Positions 12,783 to 26,524 of a DNA stretch of 64,000 nucleotides are shown one piece after another. The notes under the pieces are model-generated. The model worked only from the letters and a program-made list of their open reading frames with translations. It was not told the DNA's origin and did no database searches. Position 1 is the stretch's first letter. Each line of letters begins with the position of its first letter. Both the position numbers and the translations under genes were made by a program. Source of the DNA: Coniocarpon cinnabarinum (lineage: Eukaryota); assembly GCA_051942205.1 (NCBI GenBank), contig JAVECO010000014.1, positions 124,001-188,000 of the forward strand, in the 5' to 3' direction.

Positions 12783-14098
12783 GGTGGGCAATTGCGAATG
12801 GGGAGTAAGGAACGCTTTGTTGATTATATTAATACACGACGAGCGTCGAAGCGCGATGGGAAATGCCCCACGTTAGGCCACCCTTCGCTCTGCAACCCGG
12901 ATGAAGTCGTAACAGGCTTGGTCTTGAGCAGTTGGGGAGGCACAGATGGGAAAGATTCCCGGATGTGGTTAGAACGACCGAATGTTGGAGGGTTGTCCCG
13001 CGATCGCCAGCGGAGGTCGAGTTGAGCGAGAGGAAGGAAGCATATGTAGTGGTCGTGAAGATGCTATTCGTATCCAGGGGTCGCCGTCCGAACGACAGGA
13101 ACCGGCGCACGGACAAACCGAGCGTCGCGCAACAATAGACGTGTGAGGGAGAAAAAAGGCAATGATGCAATGGCAGGCCCAAGGCGGGCAAGGGCTGAGG
13201 CTGTGCAGGGCTCAGAATAGCCTAGAGACCCTAGAAAGCTGGATTAGCGACTATTGCCCCTGAGGTGTGCAGAGCAGAGCAGAGGCCGGTGTGCAAAAGG
13301 ATGTGTTGAGGGACAATGGCGAGAGCTGGGGAGAGGAAGAGGAAGGGAGAGAGTATGTGCTCTTTGTGGGCAGGAGGGAGAGAAGCTGGAGCGGAGGAGG
13401 TGGCCAGCTTGGGAAGTTGACTCGTTGCGGGGGGACTCTCACTCTTTCACTCCTTCACTCTCTCACTCTCTGTCACTTGCTGACTCTTCCATTGCCTTAT
13501 CTATTCTGCCTACCTACCTTTTTCGACGTTTCTCACCTCTTCACTCACTGATGCTTGAAATAGCCACGCGCATGTCACTCTTGCCAAGACGCAGGCGCTC
13601 CTAGGTCAAGGTTAGAGCACACAGGACAGTCGCCACTCTCCACACCACGCTCTTGGCAGCTCCACTCTGTATTGCCGCAATGCTCGAGTACATTGCCTCA
13701 ACGACATTGACAGATGCTTATGCAAGCAAGCTGGCAACACGAGACACAGTCATGGCAAACAAGACGAGCAAAGCTCTGCAAAAATGCTGTAGACCAGCAT
13801 GCGGATCTCTTATATCTTCCGCCTTAATCAAAATGGCTAGACTGCTCTATGTAGTGACAGGGGCCTCATGCCACGTCGCCCTCTCCAAACGTGTCTTGCT
13901 CAAAGACTCCCAGGATTCAGACACGCCTCCGCCTGCGCCTCGCTTTCAAATCGATACTCTCCCGCAGTGGCTGTACGATCAGCCGGGTATAATGCTGTGA
14001 ATATGTACAGAAATCTACAGCCCGCTCTTCGATTTTGCCCCTTCGCTTGCGAGCGGCGCCAGTCTGCTGTCGGATATCGGCTGTCGATTGGTCCGCGC

Positions 14099-16075
14099 TC
14101 ATTCTCGGTCAGTCGTGGGCCCCTCGGAGAAGTCTGGCTCTGTCGCATCTCCGTCGATCGTCTGTCTCCAGTGCTGGGGCAGACAGACACAGACAAGCTG
14201 GAAGAAAGGATGTTAGCACAAGGCCTCAGTGGTCAATATAGCAATGTGGACTTACGGGGAACGCTTTGACATCGCCGTTGCTAGGCGCGGTCTCCTGGTT
14301 CGAGCTGCCTGACATGCCGCTGTCTCGTTGCGAGTTGTGCTCCGGCTCCCATTGACTGGCTCGTTGATCAATTCGTATGCCCGTAGCCCAGCCGTCGTCC
14401 CAAATGCCCACAATCTTGAGCATGTCCCCGCGCTCGAGCTCGAATTCATCATTCGCTCGTGGCGAGTAGGCCCAGAGCGTGCTGACATTGTCGCCAGGAT
14501 GTATATCGTCGTTGGAGTAATAGTCCTTAAACGCATCGAGTTGCTCAGACTGACCAGTGCCACCTTCTCCAGATGAATATCCTCCCGACTCTGGCGAGCT
14601 CTCTTCAACGCCATCCGACTCGGATTTTCCGCGTTTACCGATGACCCCAGCAGCGCCGACACCACGAGTCTGGCTTTGGGCGGGCGGAACGCCAGATTGG
14701 CCTTCGGGTGGAGAATTGCTTGAATCATGCTCCAGTGCCGCCATTCGTGTGACGCGCGCACCGGCGCCAGTAATGCTGCTCGCTCTAGCTGCCTTTTCGC
14801 GTGTCTGCGGCGGGGTGGGCTGGTTCAGAGAGCTCTTAGCATCTTGCGCTGACCGACGTCGACGGAACAAGAGGCAGCAACCGACAAGCAACGCCAGGAG
14901 AATCCCAGCCCCAACAACCGCACCTATGACGATGCCGGCGATTTGGCCGCCAGAAAGACCATTGCCATTGCTGCCAACGGCGGCCGCCGTTGCAGAGGCA
15001 GTTGGTGCGCCCGAAGGCGTGCTGGTGAAAATCGGCGACATTGAGCTGTAAACAGGAAGGCGCACGTTCGAGCAACGTTGCTCGGTATTTGATGTGAGAC
15101 AGCAGGAGTCCGTGTCGTTGACAGAGCTCTTGCTGCAGTAGCTGCAGAGACCGACCAGATTCGTTTGGAAGCCGCAATCGGTGGGTTCGTTCTGGGATCC
15201 AGGAACACAGGTAGTATTGAGTGAATTTTGTGGTTGTGCACAATTAGTGAAATCAGCTCGGAGCTGGTTGACAGCATTCGGACCAGTGCTGCCGCATAGT
15301 TGAGGACTTGAGATGATCGTCTCTTCATTCTGTGCAAATTCGGACTGGAATCATCGTTAGCTCACCGTGCGCACAGTCGCAACACAAGGACTTACGCATG
15401 AGTCTGCACAGAGAGGAGGGCTCTGCTCCTGGGTGAGACTACAGGGTTGAATGGAGTTTTGTATTAGAGCATTACAAATAAAGCTGTATGTATATCTAGC
15501 GTAGAGACTTGTCGCATTAGAGAGGTTCACGTTAGAGCAACCAAAGAAATTGCTGCTTTGATATCTGAAGTTGAACGCGTTAGATTGTCTTCATAGTCCT
15601 GGTGATGATTGTTTGCAATTGACCCACTTTTGCTGTGCATAGCTGGTGTTTACGTATTGAGAAAGCTGCGTGTCGAAGCTGGACAAATCGGTAACATTGG
15701 AGAGGAAAGGACTATTGCTCTGTGTAAGTTTTACCCAAAGAGTGTACGCCGCGAGGGTGTGACGCACAAGATATTCGTCAAAGACGTGCTAATGGAAGAG
15801 CTGGAAAAGGCCGGACATGTCATAGATCCCGCCAAAGGTATGCAAGTGGATTGCTGGGCGGTGGTGATCGGAAGCAAAGCAGAAAACAGCCACAATGTTA
15901 TAAGGTGCACCCATTTGGAAGGACAGAGAGTCGACAAGCGCTGTGATGTATGATGTTGGGCCGCGACAGCTCGTCCAGCTTCCGTGGCATATTGACGCCG
16001 TCTTCTATCGTATTCCTTTCCGTATGGGCAATCGGGTTTCTCCAGGTGCCAACATTGCCGGTCCAAAGTTTCCAT
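14099..16075 (-). CDS. Type I membrane protein: signal-like hydrophobic segment, Cys-rich ectodomain, TM helix, cytoplasmic SH3 domain (multi-exon; start uncertain)
   Basis: LWLFSALLPITTAQQSTCIPL; TM GQIAGIVIGAVVGAGILLALL followed by RRRR; SH3 LWAYSPRANDEFELERGD..WDDGW. Last intron 14255-14198 gives KAFPLVCVC. Confidence 0.85.
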
Positions 16076-17343
16076 ACCTCTGCGTCGAAGGTGAAGCTCA
16101 TCAGCAGGAGGCCAAGCGCACAGTATGGCGCCTAAAGCGTAAACCGCATGGTTGCGCCCATTCTTGTAGTTCCTCCGTGGCCAGTGGATGCTCCTATGGT
16201 GGGTCTCGGTTGAACACAGCCTAAGTAAGGGCGCTAGCGAGAAGAAGCAAAAGGGACCAGTGGAAAAGGAGTGACAGAGGGGGAGTAGCAAGGGCGCTGC
16301 AGTGTCGCAGCGAGGTCGTGCAGAAGGTAGGCAGACAGAGGAGGCGAGGTGGCGCGAGAGGAGAGTAAGGTGATCAGGTACTCCGTGTGAGGGTAGAGGA
16401 AAGACGGTGCGCGGAGGCGACCAGGAAGGGAACTCCGTGTCTGGTAGGCTGGGCAGCTTAAGGAGCAACAAGATGACGCCGTCGTTCTGGCTTCTGCCCC
16501 TAGTCACGTGCTAATCTTCTTCTCGTTAGCCTCACCCGCAGCTCCCAAATGAGACACTTCCTCATCCGGCAGCTTGTGACTGGCTTCATCCTGAAACACT
16601 TTTTCTCATTGGCGCCCAGCTGGTCCTGCCTGGTTCTAGAAATGAGGTCGCCAACCTCCGACGCCACGCCTTGCTGCTTCACTCTTTTGCTTCGCGGCCG
16701 GCGTCCACGCAAGTAATGACCTCCTCGCCTTGCGCTCGGGCCCTGCGGCTGTTCCGAGGTTGAGTTCATGGATCACTGGTTCGAAGATCGCTCGTCGCCT
16801 GTCTCTCTCTCATGTAGCGTCGCTTGGTCTTACAATGCGTATTCCCAGCGCGCGATCCATGGCGTGCGCCTGCGGGAACTGAGGGCTCCGATGGCATCGA
16901 GACAGGACAGGTTGTGTAGCGAAGGGTGTCAAATCTACAAGAAGGATTATTCGCGCCAGCATTCCTCATCCACGTTCCCCACGCACATCTATCTGCGGAC
17001 CTAAACAAAGATTGGCATTGATGGCGGAGCACCAACGGAGATCTCTTTGTTGTCGCAGGTTGTGCATCACTGCTGCTATTTTGTGTGCAAGCAATATGTG
17101 ACTATAATCGTATGCGCCCTGAGATCTCAATGATACTTCTAGCTGCACTAGAAAGAACAGATTCGACTACGAAGCATGTCTGAACTGATATAGCATTGCG
17201 ATAAGCCTTATTCTAGTCTACACGCATCAACCTAGTCAGCTGGCTTCGTTAAGTATCACCCTTTTTCTACTAGCAACACACCGCGTGAACGTCATCAAGG
17301 GTAAGGGCTGTTTGACGCACCACTTTTGCTCCATGGCGCTGCC

Positions 17344-17811
17344 CTACGGCAGGGTCACACCAAATTTTGTGTCCTGGAGCGGCTCAGTGGTGAAGACGCC
17401 GTCGCCATTGGCATATTTGGTTACGGTGGTGAAGAAGCGACAAGACATGTCCGTCTCGTATCCTTTTGCCTGGGACGAATTGATCTTCTTCTCAAGCTAC
17501 ATATAATCTGCAGATGCGGTAACACTCCAGCGTTGGCTCCTCAATGGAACCAGATTACCTCCAGCCCGATCATTGGTATAGTCGTAGATCTCTGAATTCG
17601 TTAGCCTATCCGGATGCTCGCTGTGTAAAAGCTGGCGCGGATCGTCTTAACCCAGTGGAACGGTATGATGCTGACTCAAGTTACCACCAAGTACAGACTT
17701 GAACGACGACCGGTTTGCACTCTTCGCTGACAGTTGAAAGGTTCGCCCGCGCTCAGACCGGATTTCGACGGTGAAGCCGCTACTAACACTGCCGCCTCAC
17801 GCGTCGCTCAT
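17344..17811 (-). CDS. Possible small multi-exon hypothetical gene (absent from ORF track)
   Basis: ATG AGC GAC GC|GTGAGG at 17811; several donor/branch/acceptor sets; last exon LEKKINSSQAKGYETDMSCRFF...VTLP*. Exon joins are not uniquely resolved. Confidence 0.3.
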
Positions 17812-18741
17812 CTCTTCGATGTTCTGGTTGGCAACAGCGTTTATGATGGACTTTATCATGACAAGTGCCCTAAGTATTCAAAAGGAAACGTGGAACCTTG
17901 AGAAGAAGGCGTTCGACAATTGCCCTCCACTAATCAATTCAACAAACGCAGATGCAGCACCAAGATTTATATAACCCTTCAAAGTATACGTCGATTGTTC
18001 TGTAAGGGTGACAGCGTGGGACATTGTGGGTGTAGGGCTTACGAATACGAGCATACGACCCGCAGCAAAGAAAGTGGCAGTATGGCCAACCTGGCTCGTA
18101 GACTTGCAAACCTGCAGTCTTGTGCAGCGTCAGCGATGCAACGAAAGATGATGCTTCAACGTCACATGCAGAGTACTGGTCACCATAAGGCCGTCAGCGG
18201 CCGTGTCCGTCACTTTGCAGGTTAGCATCACAATATATCTTCCATTGACAAGGGTGGAAGGGGGTGGGTTGTTTGGCCACGCCGGCCTTCATTGTGGACG
18301 TGTGACTGAGGAACGGTTGAGGCCAAGTCTCATTGCGAATGGTGTCTCGGTTGTTTTCTGAACGTTAGTTTCACTCGACGACTATCCTGTTAAAGTTGCC
18401 GTCGACCGACTCAAGCGCAACAAGAAGAGTCAGCCATGCATTGTAATCGCTGAATGTTGCAATCTTTTGTAGAAATACAGTGCCGGACATTGGGAAAACA
18501 TCACAATGCAGCATGCCAAAACTCGAATCCTTTCAGCCGTCACGTCGGTTGCGCCCTGTGTCTCCATTTTTCACCACACCACATAACACGCGTGGCCAAG
18601 GCAGCCATTGCCAACACTCCAAAACAAACGCCAAGCCAATGATCAAAGCGATGTCGCATCTCTCGCCAGGAAAGACCGGACCTTTGAAGGCTGAATTAGC
18701 AAAGCTCACCTGTGAGCCAGGTAAAGCAGGTCGACATACAC

Positions 18742-20311
18742 TCAACTCTGCTGGTCCTCATACCCTTTGGGCTTCTTCATCGAATTGATGTCGAACCATC
18801 TTGATGTGCCTGCATGCGTGTCAGCGATCTACTGCAACGTGTCCAGCGTGAATACTGCACTCACAAGAGTATCCTTGCCAGTCGAAGTTGTCCTTGGGAT
18901 TGCATGAGCATTTTCGATCGAGTCGAACTTGCTCGTCTGTTGGACAGTGTGTAAATGGAACGTGGTAGTATGCAATGTCGTCAAAAAAGTGAATTTGATC
19001 GCGGGGTAGCGTGAGACCAGCACCGATCGAGTGCACAGGTGCATCACCCCAACGCTCGTAGAAAAAGCCACCGTCATGATCAAGCTGATCAAAGAAGTCG
19101 ACGTATGCGTCAGATCGCAGCCAGTCCAAGTTCCCTATCTCAAAGTTGGACCAAAAGTGACAGTTGTTGTACGTCTTTCCTCCATCGTCACTGAGGAAGT
19201 CCAGGGCGTTGTTTTTTGCTAAGTGTTCAGGATGCTCCTTCATGAATGTTCGCACACTGTCCCAAATCGTCGGAATCGTCTCCTTATATTCGTAGAGCGA
19301 CAGCACGAAGCTGTACTTCTTATCGTTGTCGGCCATAAACTTGAATGGGTCATAGTCAACGTCGCAATATAGCTCAATCGACGGCTCCACCCTCCAGTAC
19401 CATTCATACTCGTGCATCAAGGGATGACGGAAAAAGAAGCCCGACTCGTATCGACACATGTGCCGGTAGGAAATGGAATCGCCATAGATGATCTTGCGCT
19501 CCGACATGTCTTTGCGTACCTCTGCTGCTTTGTCCTGGTCGATCCATTCCGGGAAGGACCAATGCTCTTCTGCGATCATCCCGTATCGCGTCTTACCAGA
19601 AACCAAGTTAGTGGTGATGCGCTTGAAATCATCGTCGAATTCCTTGTCGTTGAGAAACACCCAATCATAGTTGTACCGGTGGTTGAATCGGTCCTCTACT
19701 TGACGGATAGACTTCGAAATCTCCCAGATGTCGGAGTTACGCGCAAGTGTCACGAACGTAGCGTTCTGTTTGGGTGCACTGCTCTTTGCTCCACCTAAAG
19801 ATCCTTTATTCGGGGTTTTGGCACTGTCTTTATCCTGCGCCGGCTTCTTCGAAGGTGTCTTATTCTTGTTACCTGTTTTCGAAGACTTGCCGTGACTGCT
19901 CTTATCGCTCTTATCGCTTTCTTTTTCACCCTTCGCGGAACCTTCCTCTGTGTAAGGACTTTCGTCGGATGAAGCCTTGTCTGCTTTGCTTGATTCACTC
20001 TCCTCAAATTTCTCCTCGCTTTGATCGCCTTCAGTATGCTCCAGTTGCAGTGGCTTTTCCTTCTCTGAGTTCTGGAATGGCGATCCAGGAGGCTTTGCCG
20101 GGTTCGCCCAAGCGTTTTTCAAGTGGTTATATTGGCTCTTAACCGTGTCCGTGCCAAGGCTGCTACCGTTCGGGGATCTCGATGAGGAGATGAAGAAGAC
20201 GACCAGAAGACACTATATTGAGGGTTAAGAGCAAGCTAGGACTGTAGCATGAAGCGTTGTACGTACAATGGCTGAAAGGAGAATATAGCGCACATAGCGT
20301 GTTCCAGCCAT
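18742..20311 (-). CDS. KRE2: Alpha-1,2-mannosyltransferase, GT15 (KRE2/MNT1/KTR family), type II membrane protein, 3 exons
   Basis: Motifs [37 protein letters not shown] and [12 protein letters not shown]-terminal [22 protein letters not shown] anchor after splicing. Confidence 0.95.
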
Positions 20312-20958
20312 GGCCGGCTGTGGCGGGTTGGAATCCCACTCGAGTTCTCAATGAGTTGCTGGAACTCTTCCGAGGTCGCGCGAAGCTGAAACGAATGGAG
20401 GAGTTTTAGACCCGTGTCGCCACTCACGCGAGTTGGTTGAGTGGGATAGAACCTAATTGCAACCGCTTGCGCATCAGACAAAGAGCAAGCCGGAAGGTAA
20501 GAAAATGTGGATGTAGGGAGCGCAAGAAACAGAAACGCTCCAAGAGCTCACTGAAGCATTATCTAAAGGAAAAAGTGACCAAGCTGAGAGACCACCTCTG
20601 CAACACGGAGTAGGAAAATGCCCCTGCGACCCTTGTTCTCGCGAATATGGGGAGCTTGCTTGGCACTGGCTTCTTCGGATGCTTCGAATGAAAAGGAGGG
20701 CTCCTCGACTTCCTAATTTGCAACGGTCATGTGACTCGCTAAGGCCCTACTTCTGACTAGGCCTCAAGAGTCAGGCAGCTACCTCTATCCCTGTCCGACG
20801 TCATCAGTGGGTCAAATCGTAGGATCTGCTGTGGCGCACAACGTCTCTCAAGTTCTCCTACACAACCCGCAACCCATTACTGTGATTGTGTGCCGACAGA
20901 GAACCAGAAACGATATACTCCTCATCAAGACTATTTTCACCAACGCACATAAGTCACG

Positions 20959-21478
20959 ATGTCCAAGCAATCCAGCGTCGGCACATCCACTGCCTATGAA
21001 GCCGGCGACCAGCGCAATTACACCAAGGCAGATCTTGAGTCTGCGAAGGAGAATGCTCGATTTGAAGAGGGTCAGCCCGGCAGCCACGATTTAGGCGACA
21101 AAAGTAAGTGCACAGCGTGACAGCGTTGCTTCTGCACCTTTCGTGGATCATGACTGCACCACAATCGATCTGTCGCTAATTTGACACCTATCAGAGGATG
21201 AGCGTAGCCTGCCAAACAAACTTGCTGCGGCTCAAAAGAAGGCCAATGAGCCTGATCTACCCCAAGACATGGAAACTTTCCAGAGCCAGAAAGACTCCAC
21301 TCTTCCCGTGTGTCATGCTGCTCTTGATCAATGCATGTCGTCTCATGTTGACTCATTTTGGTAGGCCAAAGCACAAGGCAACGTACCAAGCAAAGGCGCG
21401 CAGATTGACCAGGAGTTGAGGGAAGAGGATGAAGCAGCGAAGCAGAAGAAGGGCGAGTGGGGCAGCAAGCAACAATGA
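20959..21478 (+). CDS. Small hydrophilic fungal protein, 3 exons (not in ORF track)
   Basis: Spliced product MSKQSSVGTSTAYEAGDQRN...HDLGDK|DERSLPNKL...KDSTLP|AKAQGNVPSKGAQIDQELREEDE...; introns GTAAGT..GCTAAT..CAG and GTGTGT..TAG keep the frame. Confidence 0.8.
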
Positions 21479-22149
21479 GTTCGCCAGTTCGACCTTGAGC
21501 GCGTGATTCCGACTCCGTGCGTCCCTACGTATAGTGATGCACCTTTGCAGAACAATACTGCAACCGAGTCCGACAGGAGACGAGCACACGAACAGTTTTA
21601 GCATTTTACTGAACAGTTGTCTTGTTCGTATCCAAGAACAACATGATGCTAACGCGGTCTCGTCACTAAGTCCTTCCACATTATAAGTATTCTTGGAAGA
21701 AACGGGCACATACGCTCCCTGTAGTAACCTATCATGGGTGTACTTAATTGGTCAGCAACATTTCCAATCTCAAAAAGCATCAAAGAATTTGCCATGCAGA
21801 TCAATTCGCGTATCGACGGACCCGCACTCCCTGCTCGTGACTGGCATCGTTCCTGGAATGCGTGAAATGCTCGACGCAGCGGGAGGCCGACTTCTGCACA
21901 CATGCCCTCGGTAAGGCAGCATCTTCACGGACACCACCCACTCAGCTGGTCTCAAGTTAAATTTTTGACAAGAAACCAGACTGTCAGGGCACGTGCTTGC
22001 GCGTCCGCGCTAGTACAAAAGCAGCCCATGTACCTCCTATCTTCGCGTCCCAAATTTCCTACCTATCTATCTACCCAGCTCTGCTATACTTCTTTCCTTT
22101 TCGCAAGAGCATGTCGCTTTTGTAACTCTCGTGAATCTTGCATGTTACC

Positions 22150-25048
22150 ATGCCTTCATCCGCGAAACGGCCGTCTGTGGAGCTCATAGATCTCACTTCC
22201 AACTCAGACGATGCTCACCGCGACAAACGTTCTCGTCCCTCCATAGCTGATGAATACAGTTCGACCAGTGCAAGGAACTTTGATTCGTTTCGCGAGTCAT
22301 GGGCAGAAGCTCTGGAGGAAGTCGACAGCTCGCAGAACTTTGATGACGATGCGCTCCAAGCATTTCAACATTATGGTACCATCAATGCCAAGATCGTCGG
22401 TATCCGTTTTTACCATGGGCGCGCAACGACTGGCGAGTTTGTCGTAGTTCGACGTGAGCCTCGTAACCAATATGACTCAAACGCCATCAGAATCGACAAC
22501 GTTATGTACAATCAGATTGGTGAGGCGCGTGAAGCCTGCACGCGGGAGCTGAATCTAACACGATGTAGGTCACATTCCCAGGGGACTTGCAGCCAAATTG
22601 GCCCCTTTCCTAGACAATCATAGCATCATTCTAGAAGGCGAGTTGACGGGTCCGAAGGGATATTTCGACATGCCCGTGGCACTGAAAATTTTTGGGTAAG
22701 CGCGTGGAGCTTCTCAACCCGCGAAAGTGATAGAGTGGACGAAACCAGCTAACTTTGTCGTAATCAGCACCTCTGACCCTGTTGCATCTAGAGATTTGAA
22801 ACAGCAACTTCATGATGCGCGTTTACCCGTCAATGAAATAGTCCGCGCCGCGCGGGAGCAGCAGAAACGCGAGAAGGAGGCGCACAAACAACGCGAGCAG
22901 CAGCGAAAGCAAGCACTGAAGAAAGCTGCAAGCTCGGTCGTGGGCGTCGGTGGGAAAGGCCAGCAGGTAGAACAGGATGAGAACTCAATTTTTGCTAACA
23001 ACGCCCCGCCGAGCTATGACCCTTCACCCAGCTCAGATCCATCCATGGATTCGATCCTGTCCACGACGGTGCAGTTCAATCCTCGGGAAGTCGGTGACGT
23101 TGTAAATAAATTCGGCACAACAGAAGAGACGCTTGCGAGCCTGCCGAAAGCCAAACAACCCGCTGATTTGCTCACCAAAATGTTGCCTTTCCAGCTTCAA
23201 GGGTTGGCATGGATGCTTGATCGCGAGAATCCGCAACTTCCTCCAGCCGGCACCTCCGACACAACTCAGCTCTGGAAGGCAAACACGGACGGTACCTACA
23301 CAAATGTGGGCACTCAATTCACCACAAGAAACCCACAGCTCGCTTCTGGTGGCATTCTCGCGGATGACATGGGGCTTGGCAAAACTATACAGATTCTATC
23401 GTTGATTGTCTCAGATCCTAAGCGAGGCGAAACCCCAACCTTGATTGTGTCGCCGCTGAGTGTTATGAGCAACTGGTCTCATCAAGCCCAGACTCATGTT
23501 CGCTCCGAGAATGGCCTCAAAGTACTGATCTATCATGGCGCGAATCGCAAGTCTCAAAAGCCGCAGGATCTGCAACAATACGACATTGTCATTACCACCT
23601 ATCAAACGATGGCCTTGGAGTATATGCCAGCAGGCACAAACAGCAAGCCACAGCCAGTGCCTCGCAAAACAGGACTTTTCTCAACTGAATTCCGCCGTGT
23701 AGTTCTTGACGAAGGTCATAACATCCGTTCACCAAAGGCCAAAATGACTCAAGCAGCCTACGCACTCCTTGCCAAATCACGCTGGATTTTGTCTGGGACA
23801 CCTATTGTGAACAATTTACGGGACTTACATTCTCACGTCAAGTTCCTACGCTTGACTGGAGGTCTTGAGCAAAGTGATGTTTTTACTGGCACGCTTATCC
23901 GGCCACTTGGCCAGCAAATTCCAGAGGCTCAGATGCTCCTGCAGGCTCTCATGTCGACAGTCTGCCTGCGTCGCATGAAGGACATGTCTTTTGTCGATCT
24001 TAAGCTGCCTGACATTTCTCAACAACGTTATTCAATTCCCATGGCCGCTAAAGAGCGCGAAACTTACGATGCCTTTGAGAAGGAAGCCAAAGGCATTCTC
24101 CAGAACTTCCAATCTCGTAGGAACCAGCAAGGCCGCAACACGTACGCCTCACTGCTTGAAGTTTTGCTCCGTATGCGCCAAGCTTGTAACCACATCAGCC
24201 TCTGCGGCGACGAGCGTCGTGCAAATATCCTCGAGCTCGCGCAGCAGAATGAAAAGCTCAACTTGAACCCCGAAAACCTCAAGACCCTACGCGACTTGCT
24301 CCAGTTGTCTATCGATTCGCACGAGGAATGTGTGGTCTGTTTTGATCCTCTTCACAACCCCACTATTACCGCCTGCGCCCATAGCTTTGGCTTCGAATGC
24401 ATCGAACGTGTCGTTGAGACGCAAGGAAAGTGTCCAATGTGTCGAGCTCAACTCTCCAAGGACGACCTCATCCAACCCCTTACGGAGTCAGAAGAACCCC
24501 CTTTTGACATCAATACCAGTAGTAGTAAGATCCAGGCCCTGCTGAACATACTCAAAGCGACGCGAAAGTCGAAGCCAGGCGTCAAGACTGTTGTGTTCTC
24601 TCAGTGGACTTCTTTCCTCGACATTGTGTCCCATCAGCTGGATGCCAACGGCTTCGGTTACTGCAAGCTCGACGGCCGCATGAACGCTGCTGCTCGCGAC
24701 GCCGCCATGTCTGAGCTCGATGAAAACCCTCAATGTACCGTCATGCTCGCATCACTTGGCGTCTGTGGCGTTGGACTCAATCTTGTCGCTGCAAGTCAGG
24801 TCATCATGTCGGATTCGTGGTGGGCGCCAGCTATCGAAGATCAGGCCGTGGACCGCGTGCATCGCCTCGGCCAGACAAAGGATGTCACCGTCTTTCGACT
24901 GGTTATCGAGAATTCGATTGAGGATCGTGTTCTCGAGATTCAGAAGCGCAAGCGTGAGTTGACGGCTGCGGCGTTTGGCGAGCGGGAGGGGAAGAGAAAG
25001 GAGAAGGGGGCGCAGATGAGTGATATCATTCGGCTGTTGAACGCGTGA
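22150..25048 (+). CDS. HIRAN + SNF2 helicase + RING protein (RAD5/HLTF-like), 3 exons
   Basis: HIRAN IVGIRFY..RREPRNQYDSNAI..IGHIPR; GGILADDMGLGKT; LDEGH; RING C-x2-C..CAH..C-x2-C..CPMCR; QAVDRVHRLGQ. Introns at ~22520-22568 and ~22696-22767. Confidence 0.95.
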
Positions 25049-26119
25049 CTTGACAACTCGCTCATGATCTAGGAAACAATTAGCAGAGGCTGCTTTGTGA
25101 ATCCCAAGCGGGCTTTAGACAGTGGGATCTAGACGTATCTCTGGTATGTGCAATCAGATACGTGGGGCTGGCAGCAAAATTCAGTTCGCATTTGTATTAC
25201 TGAAGAACAATGAAAAGCTATTGCGTTTACAAAGCTAATTGCATTAGCGTAGCGCATCTCCCCGTTCCCCGTCCTTGCCCTTGCAGACCCGTGTTTGAAA
25301 GCTCGGTAAGAGGTGGTCCAATTACGGTGAATGCTGGTGACGATCACAGTGTTTCATCATCAGGATCCTCACGGCTGCAGAAGCCGCTGCAAGGCACTCG
25401 CACTAGTTCTAGCCTGCAGAGCAGGCCATGACCTCGTGTAGCCTCGTGCTGGCGCTGCCGATAGCACCCGACCAATCGATGGTCGTGCTTTTGTGACTTG
25501 GAAGTCTCACGACAACTACGACCCTTCGAATGTGCCGGATCTGCATTAAGTCGCGTGCTTGCGATACGGGCTGAGTAGGCAAAGATTGGCTGCACTGCAT
25601 GTCAGTCTCGAGGCAACAGCACGCATGACTCTTTTGGATGTTCGTTTGCGATTCAACCTTTTCATGTGAAGCACGAAGACTCGTTCTTGAGGATCTGATT
25701 CGCTGATTCACTGATATGCCCTTTCACTACTCCACCATACTGAGGGATCACCTATGGCCCGCATGCGTGTCCGTAGTGCTCGTTTGCATACTGGCCATGG
25801 CGAATTCTCAACATACAAATGCATACTCCCATGCATCCTTCCTGAACGTTGTTGAAAGCCTTCCGCTTCATCTCATCGACTCTAGTGTTCTGATCGAGTC
25901 CTAAACTTGTCTTTATCATTGGAGTCAGCCTCCAAAGGTTTGTCGTGCCTGCTTTGTAAAATTAAGCGTTCTGCTAAGGAAATTCTCGCAGTTCTCTGCG
26001 TGAATAGAACATCCATTAGTGAGCGTCTGTAGCGGATGTACGTAGGCAGGTAGGGCGCAAATTGATCGGGGTTTAAGAAGTAGGCTGTTAACACTTCTTG
26101 GTTGCAGGAAAATGCCAAC

Positions 26120-26524
26120 ATGCCGTCAACAGATCGCCATCCCAAAGATTCTTTGGGCGAAGTGTCGGTGCTGCTTGGTCAAAAGTTCGATAAGGAGTTG
26201 AAGCAGGTTGTAGATGGACTCATCATAGAGTCTAAGAATGTGATTGGATATAGAAGAATCCTTGAGGACTTGGCTCGTCCAGACTCCGGTTATTCGCAGC
26301 AGTATATTGACACTGAAACACAATCGATGGACGAGTCGATCATTGAGTCGAAGAGCATCTTAAAGGAACTCCTCAAACAACAAAAGAAGATTTTCGAGGA
26401 GATTGATGAGCCACTTGCGCAGCTCGATGCAATCAGAGACACCCTAAGTGACGAGGAGAAAGAGGGTCTTGACTATTGGGAAACCTATCTTAGGGAGGAG
26501 ATCGAAGACGAGGGCGACGATTGA
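26120..26524 (+). CDS. Small acidic helical orphan protein (cassette 1)
   Basis: ~134-codon ORF preceded by an intron acceptor (TTAAC..TTGCAG 26107) and followed by the shared 3' motif. Confidence 0.6.
   Translation: MPSTDRHPKDSLGEVSVLLGQKFDKELKQVVDGLIIESKNVIGYRRILEDLARPDSGYSQQYIDTETQSMDESIIESKSILKELLKQQKKIFEEIDEPLAQLDAIRDTLSDEEKEGLDYWETYLREEIEDEGDD

Noticed and set aside
22138..22727. Apparent frameshifts/split ORFs in the helicase (likewise PAT1, CLC, oxidoreductase, RIP1)
   Set aside because: All resolved by canonical GT-AG introns, so these are not pseudogenes.
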